NCBI GenBank assembly: GCA_020053375.1
Contig: JAGVNG010000017.1
Location: 26,780-90,779, forward strand
Source: Nanobdellota archaeon
Lineage (GTDB): Archaea > Nanobdellota > Nanobdellia > Pacearchaeales > GW2011-AR1
DNA: 64,000 nt
Direction: 5' to 3'
Position numbers and translations under genes: made by a program. Under the pieces are notes generated by a model. That model saw nothing but the letters and a program-made list of their open reading frames with translations, did no database searches and had not been told where the DNA came from. Positions 48,528-58,840 of the stretch are shown one piece after another; within the stretch, counting starts at the first letter, position 1, and every line of letters starts with the position of its first letter.

Positions 48528-51350
48528 GTGAAAGAAGTTAAAATGCACGATTTCAAGAAGATTGAAGAAGATATAAGGAAATTTTGGGAGAAGGATAAGA
48601 CATATGAAAAAGTAAAAAAGAAAAATTCCAGGGGAAAAAAATTCTATTTTATGGATGGTCCCCCGTATGCAACAGGACATATTCATATGGGAACAGCATT
48701 AAACAAAGTTCTGAAAGATATTGCAATGCGTTCCCAGAGATTGATGGGCAAGGATGTATTTGATCGGGCAGGGTATGATACCCATGGTTTGCCAATAGAA
48801 AATAAGGTGGAAAAAAAGCTGGACTTCAAGAAAAAGGAAGATATAGAAAAATACGGCGTCAAGAAATTCATAAAAGAATGCAAGAATTTTGCAACGGAAT
48901 TCATAGGCGTAATGAATGATGAATTCAGAAATCTTGGAGTTTGGATGGACTTTGACAATCCATATCTCACTTTGACAAATGATTATGTAGAATCAATATG
49001 GGACACTTTCAAAAAGGCGGATGAGAAGGGGCTTCTATATCTCGGAAAATATCCCGTCCATGCATGCCCGCATTGCGAAACAGCTGTAGCCTATAATGAA
49101 ATAGAATATACAAAGCAGTCAGATGCTGCTGTTTATGTGAAATTCAAAATAAAAAGAGAGAAAAACAAATACCTTATAATCTGGACAACAACTCCATGGA
49201 CCCTGCCAAGCAATGCAGGGGTTATGGTCAATCCAAAGTTTGAATATGCACAAGTGGAAATAAACGGAGAAGAATGGATAATTGCAAGGGAAAGGGTAAA
49301 GAGCTTAATGGAAAAATTAAATGCGAAATACAAAGTAAAAAAGGAATTTAAGGGAAAAGAATTGGAAGGGATAAGATATGAAAATCCTTTGGCTAAGCAC
49401 TTGAAGCTTTCTGAACTGAAGAATGCATATAGGGTGATTATGAATGAGAGATATGTCAATCTAGAAGATGGAACTGGATTGGTTCATACTGCTCCTGGTT
49501 GCGGTAAGGAAGACTTTGATGCCGGACAAAAAGCAGGTTTGCCAATCATAGCCATTGTAAATATTGATGGAACCTTCGCAGAACAGGGAGGAAAATATTA
49601 CGGGAAAAAAGCGAGAATTGTTGATGAAGAAATAATTAATGACTTAAAAAAAGACAACGCCTTTGTTTACAAGGAGAATTATAATCATGATTATCCGATA
49701 TGCTGGAGATGCAAGTCTCCTCTTTTGATGATATCCGTTCCTCAATGGTTCTTCAAGATAAGCGAAATACAAAAAAATATTCTTAAATCAAATGAAGAAG
49801 TCACATGGCTTCCCCCATATATGAAGCTTAGGATGAAAGCGTGGCTTGAGGGAATTTCTGACTGGCCGATATCTAGAAATAGGTATTGGGGAACTCCTCT
49901 TCCAATATGGATGTGCAATAAATGCGATGGAAAAGAAGTGATAGGATCTATAAAAGAACTGGAAAAGAAATCCGAGAAAAAAATATTGGAAGTTCACAAG
50001 CCCGAGATAGATGAAGTAAAAATTAAATGCAAATGCGGAGGAGAAATGAAAAGGGTCTCCGAAGTCCTCGATGTATGGTTTGATTCTGGAGTTTCAAGCT
50101 GGGCTGCATTGGGATATCCAAAAGACGAGAAGCTTTTCAAGAAATTCTGGCCTGCCGATTTGAATATAGAAGGAAAAGATCAGTTCAGAGGCTGGTGGAA
50201 TTCACAATTGATATTATCCGAGATAAGATTTGGAAAAAAACCATTTAATAATATTGTTGTTCATGGAATGGTGCTTGACATAGGAAAAATAAAGATGTCA
50301 AAATCCCTTGGAAATATAATTTCTTCACATGAACTTATAGAAAAGTATGGAAGAGACAGTTTAAGATATTATTTTGCAAAAGTATCCAAGGGAGAAGACT
50401 TTGCATTCAACGAAAAAGATTTTGAAGAAATCCAAAGGATGTTCAGAGTTTTGGTTAACACAGATAATTTTGTCAATCAATTGGAAAAAGGAAAAAATTC
50501 TTTGGCAATAGAAGATAAATGGATAATTTCACGATTTAATTCCTTAATTAGGGAACTTGAAAAAAATTATAATGAGTTCAAATATCCGGAAACTGTCCAA
50601 CAAATTGAGAAATTTTTAATTGAAGACTTGAGCAAGACTTATATCAAAATAATAAGAGACAGGTCTGAAGAAACACATGGTTTGCTGAATGAAATAAGAA
50701 AAAACTTATTGATAATGCTATCTCCTGTAATACCTTATCTGACAGACCATCTTTACAGAAATTTCTCTAAGGAATCAGTGCATCTTTCCTCCTGGCCAAA
50801 ACCAAACACAAAAAAAATAAATAAAAAACTTGAAGAAGAATTTGCAAGTGCATTGTCTCTGATTGAAAAGGGATTGGCTGAAAGAGACAAACTTCAGATT
50901 GGGCTGAAATGGCCTCTTCAATCAATAGACATAACTGCCGGTTTTGATTTGAAAAAAGAATTGTTTGATATGATTAAATCCCAATTAAACGTCAAGGAAG
51001 TTCATTTTAACAAGACCGAAAAATCAGACGCGGTCTCAATTAAATTCAATACCAAAATAACTCCAGAGCTAGAAGCAGAGGGTTATGCAAGAGAGCTGTC
51101 AAGACAGATACAGGCTGAGAGGAAGAAGGCTGGGCTGGTTAAGAGGGAGCAGATTATATTGGAAATAAAATCCGATGATTTGAGACTGCTTGCACATATA
51201 CCAAAAAAATTTGTTGAAGAGAGAGTTAATGCTAAGAGAACTTCTTGGAGTGTAAAAGTGGATATAAATGGAGTAAGAAATTATCAGCATAAGGCGGAAT
51301 TTAAAATTAAAGATAAGAGTTTTCAGGTGTTTTTCAACAAGGCAAAATAA
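48528..51350 (+). CDS. ileS: Isoleucyl-tRNA synthetase (true start possibly Met6 at 48543)
   Basis: HIGH-type PYATGHIHMGTALNK, WTTTPWTLPSNAG (IleRS-specific), KMSKSLGN. Confidence 0.9.
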   Translation: MKEVKMHDFKKIEEDIRKFWEKDKTYEKVKKKNSRGKKFYFMDGPPYATGHIHMGTALNKVLKDIAMRSQRLMGKDVFDRAGYDTHGLPIENKVEKKLDFKKKEDIEKYGVKKFIKECKNFATEFIGVMNDEFRNLGVWMDFDNPYLTLTNDYVESIWDTFKKADEKGLLYLGKYPVHACPHCETAVAYNEIEYTKQSDAAVYVKFKIKREKNKYLIIWTTTPWTLPSNAGVMVNPKFEYAQVEINGEEWIIARERVKSLMEKLNAKYKVKKEFKGKELEGIRYENPLAKHLKLSELKNAYRVIMNERYVNLEDGTGLVHTAPGCGKEDFDAGQKAGLPIIAIVNIDGTFAEQGGKYYGKKARIVDEEIINDLKKDNAFVYKENYNHDYPICWRCKSPLLMISVPQWFFKISEIQKNILKSNEEVTWLPPYMKLRMKAWLEGISDWPISRNRYWGTPLPIWMCNKCDGKEVIGSIKELEKKSEKKILEVHKPEIDEVKIKCKCGGEMKRVSEVLDVWFDSGVSSWAALGYPKDEKLFKKFWPADLNIEGKDQFRGWWNSQLILSEIRFGKKPFNNIVVHGMVLDIGKIKMSKSLGNIISSHELIEKYGRDSLRYYFAKVSKGEDFAFNEKDFEEIQRMFRVLVNTDNFVNQLEKGKNSLAIEDKWIISRFNSLIRELEKNYNEFKYPETVQQIEKFLIEDLSKTYIKIIRDRSEETHGLLNEIRKNLLIMLSPVIPYLTDHLYRNFSKESVHLSSWPKPNTKKINKKLEEEFASALSLIEKGLAERDKLQIGLKWPLQSIDITAGFDLKKELFDMIKSQLNVKEVHFNKTEKSDAVSIKFNTKITPELEAEGYARELSRQIQAERKKAGLVKREQIILEIKSDDLRLLAHIPKKFVEERVNAKRTSWSVKVDINGVRNYQHKAEFKIKDKSFQVFFNKAK

Positions 51351-51609
51351 AAAATCACCGACGACAAATTCAAGAAAATATTGGAAAAACACAGCGATTT
51401 CATAAAGCAAAGGACCAACTCAAAAAACCTCCAGTTTGTCACAACTGGCAAGGAAAGATTTAAAAATATAATTCAATTTGAAATAAGAGATAAAAAGGGT
51501 GACATTGCAGTAGTATACTAGAATAACTACCGCTGAGTAATTCAATAATTTCACTCTTAAAATATAATAATATTTAAAAGGAAGAAAAACACTTTAAAAC
51601 TACTGAAAA

Positions 51610-52416
51610 ATGATAATAAAGGAAGAATTTTTAAGCAGACTAAGGAAAATTTTTGATTTGAATTTATATGAAGTAAAGGTATGGGCAGCGCTTCTTTCAA
51701 GGGGAACTTCAACGGCAGGAGAGTTGAGCAATATATCTGATGTTCCAAGATCCAGAACTTATGATATTCTTGAAAGCCTTGAAAAAAAAGGGTTCATAGT
51801 TATGAAGCTTGGCAAACCTATAAAATTTGTCGCGCTCAAACCTGAGGAAGTTGTTGAAAGAGTAAAAAAGAACCTGATGCAGGATGCCAAGGAAAGAACA
51901 CAAAGATTGGAAAAGTTGAAGGGAGATGAAGTTCTTGAGGAATTAACAGGATTATTCACCAAGGGAATAAAGTTTGTGGAGCCTTCAGACCTTTCAGGAA
52001 GCTTGAGAGGAAGACAGAATCTGTATAATCACTTAGATATGATGATAAGAGATGCTGAGAAGACAATAACTATTGTAACAACATCAGAAGGATTGAGCAG
52101 AAAACTTGAGGTGTTGATGCCAAGCCTTGAGAAGTGCAAAAAAAGAGGAGTAAGAGTGAGAATCGCAGCTCCAGTAGACAATAATAATATTAAGGTGGCA
52201 AGAGAATTTAAGAAAGTAGCGGAAGTAAGAAATCTTGACAAGATGAAGGCAAGGTTTGTAATAATTGACGGCAATCAGATAATGTTCATGCTTCTTGACG
52301 ACGAGAAATTCCATCCCAATTATGACATTGGAGTGTGGATTAACACAGAGTTCTTTGCGCAGGCATTGGAGCAGATGTTTGAACTTGCCTGGAATGACAT
52401 GAAGCAAGTGAAGTAA
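51610..52416 (+). CDS. TrmB-family transcriptional regulator
   Basis: N-terminal LNLYEVKVWAALLSRGTSTAGELSNISDVPRSRTYDILESLEKKGFIV wHTH of TrmB type plus C-terminal domain. Confidence 0.65.
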   Translation: MIIKEEFLSRLRKIFDLNLYEVKVWAALLSRGTSTAGELSNISDVPRSRTYDILESLEKKGFIVMKLGKPIKFVALKPEEVVERVKKNLMQDAKERTQRLEKLKGDEVLEELTGLFTKGIKFVEPSDLSGSLRGRQNLYNHLDMMIRDAEKTITIVTTSEGLSRKLEVLMPSLEKCKKRGVRVRIAAPVDNNNIKVAREFKKVAEVRNLDKMKARFVIIDGNQIMFMLLDDEKFHPNYDIGVWINTEFFAQALEQMFELAWNDMKQVK

Positions 52417-52474
52417 GATATACTTTGTTTCTTGATAATCTTTAAAAGTAGATAGAATATGTTAAGTAAATAAG

Positions 52475-52738
52475 ATGGTAGAAGAAAAAATTGATTTGGT
52501 AAAAATGCTAAATGGGACTACAACTTTGGAAGAGGCATTTAAAGTATTAAGACGAAATAAACTTGGAGTTCGTATTGTTAAAGATGTAAGAAGTGATATT
52601 GGAAGAGAAATTTTATTATCGCAAAAAGATTATGTGGTATTAACAGGGGGTTCTTATCCTGGACAAGATTATATACATTCACATGGGGCAAATATAATGT
52701 ATGTCCCAAAGGTAATGGACAAGAAAGCCCCCAAATAA
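52475..52738 (+). CDS. Hypothetical protein
   Basis: 87-aa ORF. Confidence 0.35.
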   Translation: MVEEKIDLVKMLNGTTTLEEAFKVLRRNKLGVRIVKDVRSDIGREILLSQKDYVVLTGGSYPGQDYIHSHGANIMYVPKVMDKKAPK

Positions 52739-52743
52739 AAATT

Positions 52744-53181
52744 TTATTTCTCTTGTAACCTCTTATTAACAACATTAAGCCAGTTTAGCCAAAGAATAAG
52801 AGATGTTGAAGCCTGCTTGAAACCATCGCTGTTATGAGGGATGTAGCGTATATAATTATTATCCGTCAACAATGCATCATCAAAGTTAGGGTCAATATCA
52901 ATAGCGTGTGCATCTCTCTGAACACCCAGAACTTTTACATGAGTTACAAGGCACTTTGATTTTTCATCTGAGCTTTCGTAAAAAATATAAGGCTGATAAG
53001 AAAGAGGTATATCGTGAAAAGTTTTTTCAGCGAGGCATCTTCCTCCTTCCTGAAGTTCCCTTTGAAGAGAATCAGGCAATTCCTGTGCCAGTGCTTTTTT
53101 AACAAAGCTTCCTTGAAGAAACAATCCATAGGAATATCTTGGGGGCTGAAATCCCTCAATCTTGTAAAGAGAGCCACTCAT
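52744..53181 (-). CDS. Hypothetical protein
   Basis: 145-aa ORF. Confidence 0.4.
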   Translation of the reverse strand: MSGSLYKIEGFQPPRYSYGLFLQGSFVKKALAQELPDSLQRELQEGGRCLAEKTFHDIPLSYQPYIFYESSDEKSKCLVTHVKVLGVQRDAHAIDIDPNFDDALLTDNNYIRYIPHNSDGFKQASTSLILWLNWLNVVNKRLQEK

Positions 53182-53258
53182 GAGTAAAGCCCGACCCTCT
53201 TTCTTTTAAAGATTTGGATAATCAAAGATAATAAAAAATAATAAAAAAATAAGATAAC

Positions 53259-53462
53259 TTATTTCTTGAGCAATACCAATATGACGCTCAGCAATGTTGT
53301 TATGATTACTATCCATCCTGCAATCATTGCAACCACATCGCCGCCCAGCCATGTTGGAAGAGTCAATGTTCCACCGACCATTCCAAAACCTACGGCAAGA
53401 GACACAATAACTCCTGTAAGCCATGCGACAAGATTCAAGACAGATGATGTTTCTTTAGCCAT
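53259..53462 (-). CDS. Small membrane protein
   Basis: 67 aa, two hydrophobic helices. Confidence 0.3.
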   Translation of the reverse strand: MAKETSSVLNLVAWLTGVIVSLAVGFGMVGGTLTLPTWLGGDVVAMIAGWIVIITTLLSVILVLLKK

Positions 53463-53555
53463 TTTGAAACCTCCTTTTTGTTTGATTATATCCTTGAATT
53501 CTCATTTTATTCATCGAACAAACCAAAAACGAAAATAAAAAAATAAAAAATTTAA

Positions 53556-53936
53556 TTATTTTTTCTTATGATGCTTCTTGGATTTCTTCTTTCCTGAACT
53601 GCCGCCGCCAACAATCCCTGAAAGTGTTGCCTTGTAATGCGTAGGTGCCTGAGCCGATACTGTCTTCATTGCCCTATCTGCAGCCTGCCTAGATTTTGAC
53701 ATATTCTCTCTTATCTCGTTGTCAAGTCTATGCAATTCATTATTTGTCTTCTTAACAGAAGATGCCAAAGATCTCTCTGATATTTTTCCAAAGAAAAATC
53801 TTTTGCATTCCTTATCGAATTCATCAAGAAGTCCTTGCTTTTCTTCTTCTCTTGCCCTCAAAAGCTCTCCAGCAACATTAAACTCTTTCAAAGTCTTTGC
53901 GAAGAATTCCTCATTCATCATTTTTACTCTAACCAT
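53556..53936 (-). CDS. Hypothetical coiled-coil protein with poly-Lys/His C-terminal tail
   Basis: 126 aa ending GGGSSGKKKSKKHHKKK. Confidence 0.4.
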   Translation of the reverse strand: MVRVKMMNEEFFAKTLKEFNVAGELLRAREEEKQGLLDEFDKECKRFFFGKISERSLASSVKKTNNELHRLDNEIRENMSKSRQAADRAMKTVSAQAPTHYKATLSGIVGGGSSGKKKSKKHHKKK

Positions 53937-54116
53937 CTTTTTTTAACCTCCTTTTGATTGTTTAACAAACAATATGATATTTAAATAGGTTTTGACTAAG
54001 CAAAACCTGTTGGGATTTTTAGTTTTAATATAATATAATTATTGCAGTAAATTTTTTAATCTTTTTATTAAAGATATTTTTATTGGCAAATATTACAGAT
54101 TGCATATAAATTATTC

Positions 54117-55805
54117 CTACATTTTATCCAAAACATCAATTCCAAGCAGACTCATTGAATTCTTCAGTACCTGCCTGAAAGACTGGACGAGAGCGAGCCT
54201 GAAAGTTTCCTGCTGCGAGCCGAGAACCCTGCATCCATGGTAAAACTCATTGAATGTCTGAGCAAGATGATAAGAATAATTTGCCACCAATGAAGGATTC
54301 AAACTTTGCTGAGCAGCCAGAACCACCTCAGGAAACTGGGAAAGTTTTTTTACAAGCTCAAGCTCCTTGTCCTCCAAATCATAAACCTGAAACTTTTCCT
54401 TCACATCTATCTTTTTTATTATGGAGCTTGCTCTTGCATAGCTGTAAAGTATATAGGGACCTGTGTCTCCTTCGAAAGAAACAAACTTTTTCAAGTCAAA
54501 GACAATATTATTTTGGCGATTATTTTTTAAGTCTCCGTAGAAAATCGCCGCGATTGCTATCTTCAATGCCTTTTCATCAAGCCCTCTCTTTGAGACGCTG
54601 GGCTCTCTCTTTTTTATTTCTTTTTTTGCAAGGCCGAGGGTTTCATCGATAATATCTTTTAAGAAAACCATTTTTCCTTTCCTTGTCGAGAATTTTTTGC
54701 CGTCCTTGTCAAGATAAAGCCCGTGGTCAGCATGGACGCAATCTTTTGACCATTTATAACCAAGAATTTCCAGTGTTTTGAAAAGCTGCCTAAAATAAAG
54801 CTTTTGCTCCTGTCCGACTTCGTAAATCATTCGGTCAAATTTGTATCTCTTGTACCTGTCGATTGCCGCGGACAAATCCCTCGTTGCATAAAGGGTTGTT
54901 CCGTCGCTCTTTTCCACCAGCGCGTTTCCAAGCCCGTATTCCTCAAGATTAATCACATAAGCCCCCTGGCTTTTCTTAACAATCTTTTTTTCCTTTAGCT
55001 CCTCAAGCAATGCTTTTGCCTTTTTGTTATAATTTGATTCTCCTTCATAAGCATCAAATTTTATTTTAAGCAATTTGTACATTTTTTTGAAATCCTCCAT
55101 TGTAAATCCCTTGAATAATTTCCACAACATAAGAGTTTTCTTGTCTTCCTCTTCCATCTTCTTGAACTCTTCCCTCGCAATTTTTTCATATTGCTTCTTA
55201 TTTGTCTTCACATAAATCTTCAGCAGGTAATTAATTGGGTCTTTCAAGAGTTCTTTTTCTCTCCCAAATTTGCGGTAACCAGCAAGAAGCCTTCCGAATT
55301 GCGCTCCCCAATCGCCAAGATAATTTATTCTCACTGTCTTGTATCCTGAAAACTCCAGTATATTTGCAATTGAATTCCCAATGATAGTGGATCTAAGGTG
55401 CCCTATTCCAAAAGGCTTTGCTATATTCGGCGAGGAAAACTCGACTATGGCTTTCTTTTTATTTCCAATAGTTGCTCGTCCATAATTCTTTTTTTGTGTT
55501 ATTATATCCCAGACTGTCTGCCTTGCCAGGCTCTTTCTGTTGACAAAAAAATTCACATATGACCCTTCCACCTGAATATCATAGAATTCTGTTTCTAGAA
55601 AATCCCCTATTTTCTCCCTTACCTGAAGTGCTATTTCATGAGGATTCATCTTTAGCTTTTCCGCAAGAGAAAAACATGGAAAAGCGTAGTCTCCCATTTC
55701 CGGAGAAGGTGGAGATTCAATGGTCTTTTCAATCTGCTCACCTGTCAGAACAATCTTCAAATCCTTTAATGGTTTCTTTAGCAGATTTACAACCTCTTTT
55801 TTCAT
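54117..55805 (-). CDS. argS: Arginyl-tRNA synthetase
   Basis: FSSPNIAKPFGIGHLRSTIIGNS (ArgRS HIGH region) and C-terminal DALK-type anticodon-binding domain; 562 aa. Confidence 0.9.
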   Translation of the reverse strand: MKKEVVNLLKKPLKDLKIVLTGEQIEKTIESPPSPEMGDYAFPCFSLAEKLKMNPHEIALQVREKIGDFLETEFYDIQVEGSYVNFFVNRKSLARQTVWDIITQKKNYGRATIGNKKKAIVEFSSPNIAKPFGIGHLRSTIIGNSIANILEFSGYKTVRINYLGDWGAQFGRLLAGYRKFGREKELLKDPINYLLKIYVKTNKKQYEKIAREEFKKMEEEDKKTLMLWKLFKGFTMEDFKKMYKLLKIKFDAYEGESNYNKKAKALLEELKEKKIVKKSQGAYVINLEEYGLGNALVEKSDGTTLYATRDLSAAIDRYKRYKFDRMIYEVGQEQKLYFRQLFKTLEILGYKWSKDCVHADHGLYLDKDGKKFSTRKGKMVFLKDIIDETLGLAKKEIKKREPSVSKRGLDEKALKIAIAAIFYGDLKNNRQNNIVFDLKKFVSFEGDTGPYILYSYARASSIIKKIDVKEKFQVYDLEDKELELVKKLSQFPEVVLAAQQSLNPSLVANYSYHLAQTFNEFYHGCRVLGSQQETFRLALVQSFRQVLKNSMSLLGIDVLDKM

Positions 55806-55894
55806 AATGGAAAAAAGCTAATAGCGTTAATAAATTTAATGGAAAAGAGGCTTCACTAAAATCTTTAAATATTGATTGTTAAGCTATTATATGT

Positions 55895-55966
55895 GCCTGT
55901 GTAGCTTAATGGTTGAGCAATTGCTTCGTAAGCAATAGGTTGGGGGTTCAATTCCCTCCACAGGCT
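55895..55966 (+). tRNA. tRNA-Thr (anticodon CGU)
   Basis: GCCTGTG/CACAGGC acceptor, ATTGC-TTCGTAA-GCAAT anticodon arm, GGGGG-TTCAATT-CCCTC T-arm. Confidence 0.75.
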
Positions 55967-56170
55967 CTTTAAATTGTTAAAGAGACTTCGCGGAAAATTT
56001 CCTGTTTTCCAGCGGGGCTTTGAACGGAGTGAAAAGCATGTATGACGGAATTTATCGAAGCGAACCTAATGCAATCAGCAATTATTTTAATCGTCCTTCA
56101 ACGATGCGTGCATATCATTTATTCAGTAAGCTTTTTAAGTAGTTTAACTTTGTTTTTTATATCAATATAT

Positions 56171-56271
56171 GCGGGTGTGCCGGAGTGGTCAAACGGACAG
56201 CCCTTAAGAGCTAGAGAGCTAAGTGAGGCTGTGGCTTAGTGCCTGCGAAGGTTCGAACCCTTCCATCCGCA
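56171..56271 (+). tRNA. tRNA-Leu (anticodon UAA) with ~17-nt intron after the anticodon loop
   Basis: GCGGGTG acceptor, 3-bp D-stem CCG/CGG, CAGCC-CTTAAGA then a ~17-nt insert before the matching GGCTG strand, long variable arm, GAAGG-TTCGAAC-CCTTC T-arm, CATCCGC-A 3' end. Confidence 0.6.
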
Positions 56272-56323
56272 TGGTTCGTTAGAGACGTGCGCATATATGC
56301 CGCATGTTTACAAAAAAACAAAA

Positions 56324-56877
56324 ATGATTAAAGCAATGTTTGGGACATTGGAGGAGTTTTAATAGAAAATCCAGACATAGAAGGATTATGGGGAAATAGC
56401 ACGAAGTCCAAAGAGATAAGAGATAAATTTGGGTCAGGGCAATTAAGTGCAAAAAAATTTATTTCTAAGGCATCAAAACTATTAAATAAATCAGAAGAAG
56501 AATTCATCTCTTCTTATAAAAAAATTTATTCTGTTTCTGAAAGGATAGAGAATACAATTGAGATATATAAAAATGTTAAAGTGAAAAATTATATTTTTTC
56601 AGACACAAATCCATTAAGAGAAGATTTGATAAAAGAAAAAACAAAAGATATTTTTGAAATTGCCACAAAAATATTCCTGTCACATCAGATAAAAAGGGGA
56701 AAGAACGATATGCAAACTTATGAGTATATAATAAATGAAATTGGCCTTAAACCAGAAGAAATATTATTCATAGATGACCATGAAAAGAATATCGTTTTGG
56801 CACAGAAAGCGGGCATAAATGGGATATTATATGAAAATTCCAAAAAACTAAGACAGGATTTAGATAGATTATTATAA
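56324..56877 (+). pseudogene. HAD-family hydrolase with apparent frameshift after the first four codons
   Basis: ATG att aaa gca (MIKA) at 56324 is in a different frame from the long ORF encoding VWDIGGVLIE (HAD motif I) through IDD...AGI motifs; first in-frame start of the long ORF is GTG at 56581. Confidence 0.5.
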
Positions 56878-56897
56878 CTTTAATTCTTTTATATTCA

Positions 56898-57614
56898 ATG
56901 AACATAAAGAAGATAGACATCTTGATTCTGGTCTTTCTTGTTCTTGCAGTTCTCTCTTTGAATTATTCTCCTATTGATTCTTTTCTTGAGCAGGCTTTTT
57001 CGTCAAGGCAGGAAGTTCTTGTTGAAAGGGTAATAGATGGAGACACTGTTGAATCAGACATAGGAAACATAAGGCTTTTAGGAATTAACACTCCCGAGAG
57101 AGGAGAAATTTATTATGAGGGGGCAAAGAAGTTTCTTGAATCAAGGATTTTTAATAAAACAGTTGAACTTGAATTCGGAAAAGACAAGCGGGACAAATAT
57201 AACAGAACACTTGCTTATCTTTTTCTTGACGGGAAAAACATAAATATTGAGATAGTGAAAAATGGTTTCGCTAATTATTATTTTTATGGCGGAAGAGACA
57301 AATATTCAAGTGATTTGGAGAATGCATGGACAATTTGCGTTAATAATAAAATAAATCTATGCGAACCTTCAGCAAATCAATGTTCATCCTGCATAATTAT
57401 TAAGGATTCCGGCGCTTTAAAAAATATCTGCGGTTTTTCGTGCAACATAACTGGATGGAAAATAAAAGCAGAAGGGAGAAACAACACGATTTTTCAAAGT
57501 GAAATCCTGAACAGCGGAGAAGAAGTTTTATTTAAGCTTGAGCTGATAGGAACAGGAGACACAATCTTTTTGCGGGACAGGGAGGGAAAACTGGCGCTTT
57601 GGAAGAAATATTGA
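56898..57614 (+). CDS. Thermonuclease (SNase-like) family protein with N-terminal signal/anchor and Cys-rich C-terminal domain
   Basis: VERVIDGDTVESDIGNIRLLGINTPE...KDKRDKYNRTLAYLFLDGKNINIEIVKNGFA matches the staphylococcal-nuclease fold. Confidence 0.7.
   Translation: MNIKKIDILILVFLVLAVLSLNYSPIDSFLEQAFSSRQEVLVERVIDGDTVESDIGNIRLLGINTPERGEIYYEGAKKFLESRIFNKTVELEFGKDKRDKYNRTLAYLFLDGKNINIEIVKNGFANYYFYGGRDKYSSDLENAWTICVNNKINLCEPSANQCSSCIIIKDSGALKNICGFSCNITGWKIKAEGRNNTIFQSEILNSGEEVLFKLELIGTGDTIFLRDREGKLALWKKY
57585..57612. repeat. Direct repeat copy 1: last 28 nt of the thermonuclease gene
   Basis: ggaaaactggcgctttggaagaaatatt; matches 58841..58868 except a synonymous third-position a/g. Confidence 0.85.
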
Positions 57615-57634
57615 GAGCAGAAAATTCAGCAGTT

Positions 57635-58123
57635 TTATTTCAGCATATTCTTTATATGTGAGACAAAAAGGGTAGCATTATGCATTGAATCCTCAGCGGG
57701 ATCCTTATTTGCTTGCGGAAAAGTCTTGTATGTGAATTTCCCCCTTTTTGATTTTTCATCCTTCATTATTTGCAGTAAATCTTCTGCCCTTATTAGCATT
57801 TTTTCATAAGCTTCCAGAATATGCTTGTCTAATTTTCCGCTGCCTACAAATATCCTCTTGAATTCATCATATGCTTTATTATGAATGAATGGAGCAGAGA
57901 TTTTTATTCCTGCGTTCAATAAAGCAGCCCTTGCAGAATAAAAGAGGGAATAATAAGAATGGTTTATGACTGAACTGTAAAATGTTGTTTTTGCGGGAAC
58001 AGCCAGATTATTCTTTAAAACGTCTTCTTCGCTTATTCGTTTTAGGGCCTTGGCTGCAAGAAGTTCATTATCTGCCCTCTCCAATAAAAATTTAACCTCT
58101 GAATCCATGTTTAATTGCCTCAT
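57635..58123 (-). CDS. HEPN-domain protein (toxin component of HEPN/MNT pair)
   Basis: ...NHSYYSLFYSARAALLNAGIKISAPFIHNKAYDEF... resembles the HEPN helical core; overlaps the MNT gene by 32 nt. Confidence 0.5.
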   Translation of the reverse strand: MRQLNMDSEVKFLLERADNELLAAKALKRISEEDVLKNNLAVPAKTTFYSSVINHSYYSLFYSARAALLNAGIKISAPFIHNKAYDEFKRIFVGSGKLDKHILEAYEKMLIRAEDLLQIMKDEKSKRGKFTYKTFPQANKDPAEDSMHNATLFVSHIKNMLK

Positions 58124-58718
58124 TTATTATTGCATAATATTGTGAGCCACCATAGAATATAAGATTATGCCTTACAGATTCCTTACTGTAATTTTCTTCT
58201 TCATCCAAGAGCATATCTAAAAATTGCTTGCTTGTAAAAACATAAGGATGAACTGGGGGGATGCTTGTCTCGCTTTCATGGCTTATTTGGGCATAGATGC
58301 TCTTGGGATTAACTTTATCATCACAAATAACAGCAATATCCAAATCAGATTCTTTATTTTGGGTTTTCTTAGCATAACTTCCTGTAAGCAGGAGAATAAA
58401 AAATTTGGTTGGAATTTTGTTTCTTATATTTTCTATAATCTGCAGGGGAATCTGCTTTTGATTCCAAGAAATATACTCATGCAAAAATCCCATATAGCTT
58501 TGTGCAGAAACTGAAGACAGATTAAGAATGTAAAGAATAGACTTGCCTACTTTTTCGGTAACAATAATCTTTTCTTTTTCCAGCCTTTTCAAGGCGCTAT
58601 AAATATATCCCTTTGAGCGATTTTTAGTTATTTTTTGGATTTCAGAATATGTTAATTTCTTCCAAGGTTCTTTTAAAAAAGCCGAATCAATATGGTATTG
58701 TTCTTTTAGTATTTCCAT
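58092..58718 (-). CDS. Minimal nucleotidyltransferase (MNT) with N-terminal winged helix
   Basis: LLLTGSYAKKTQNKESDLDIAVI = GS...D.D Pol-beta-type NTase motif; N-terminal wHTH. Confidence 0.7.
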   Translation of the reverse strand: MEILKEQYHIDSAFLKEPWKKLTYSEIQKITKNRSKGYIYSALKRLEKEKIIVTEKVGKSILYILNLSSVSAQSYMGFLHEYISWNQKQIPLQIIENIRNKIPTKFFILLLTGSYAKKTQNKESDLDIAVICDDKVNPKSIYAQISHESETSIPPVHPYVFTSKQFLDMLLDEEENYSKESVRHNLIFYGGSQYYAIINEAIKHGFRG

Positions 58719-58840
58719 CTTAAAGTCTATATACTTATAAGTCCTATTTTATAGACTATATAGTCCTATATTATAGACTTTAAATAACTTTCGTTCTTAA
58801 GCTTGCTCAAAAAATCTGATTTTTCATAAGTGGGATATGG

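Noticed and set aside
48147-48686. 179-aa minus-strand ORF
   Set aside because: Overlaps the ileS start and the small plus-strand ORF at 47967. It is a low-complexity F/L/I-rich translation typical of antisense AT-rich sequence.
56042-56239. 65-aa ORF
   Set aside because: Overlaps the tRNA-Leu gene and its upstream leader. It is a by-product of the stable-RNA sequence.
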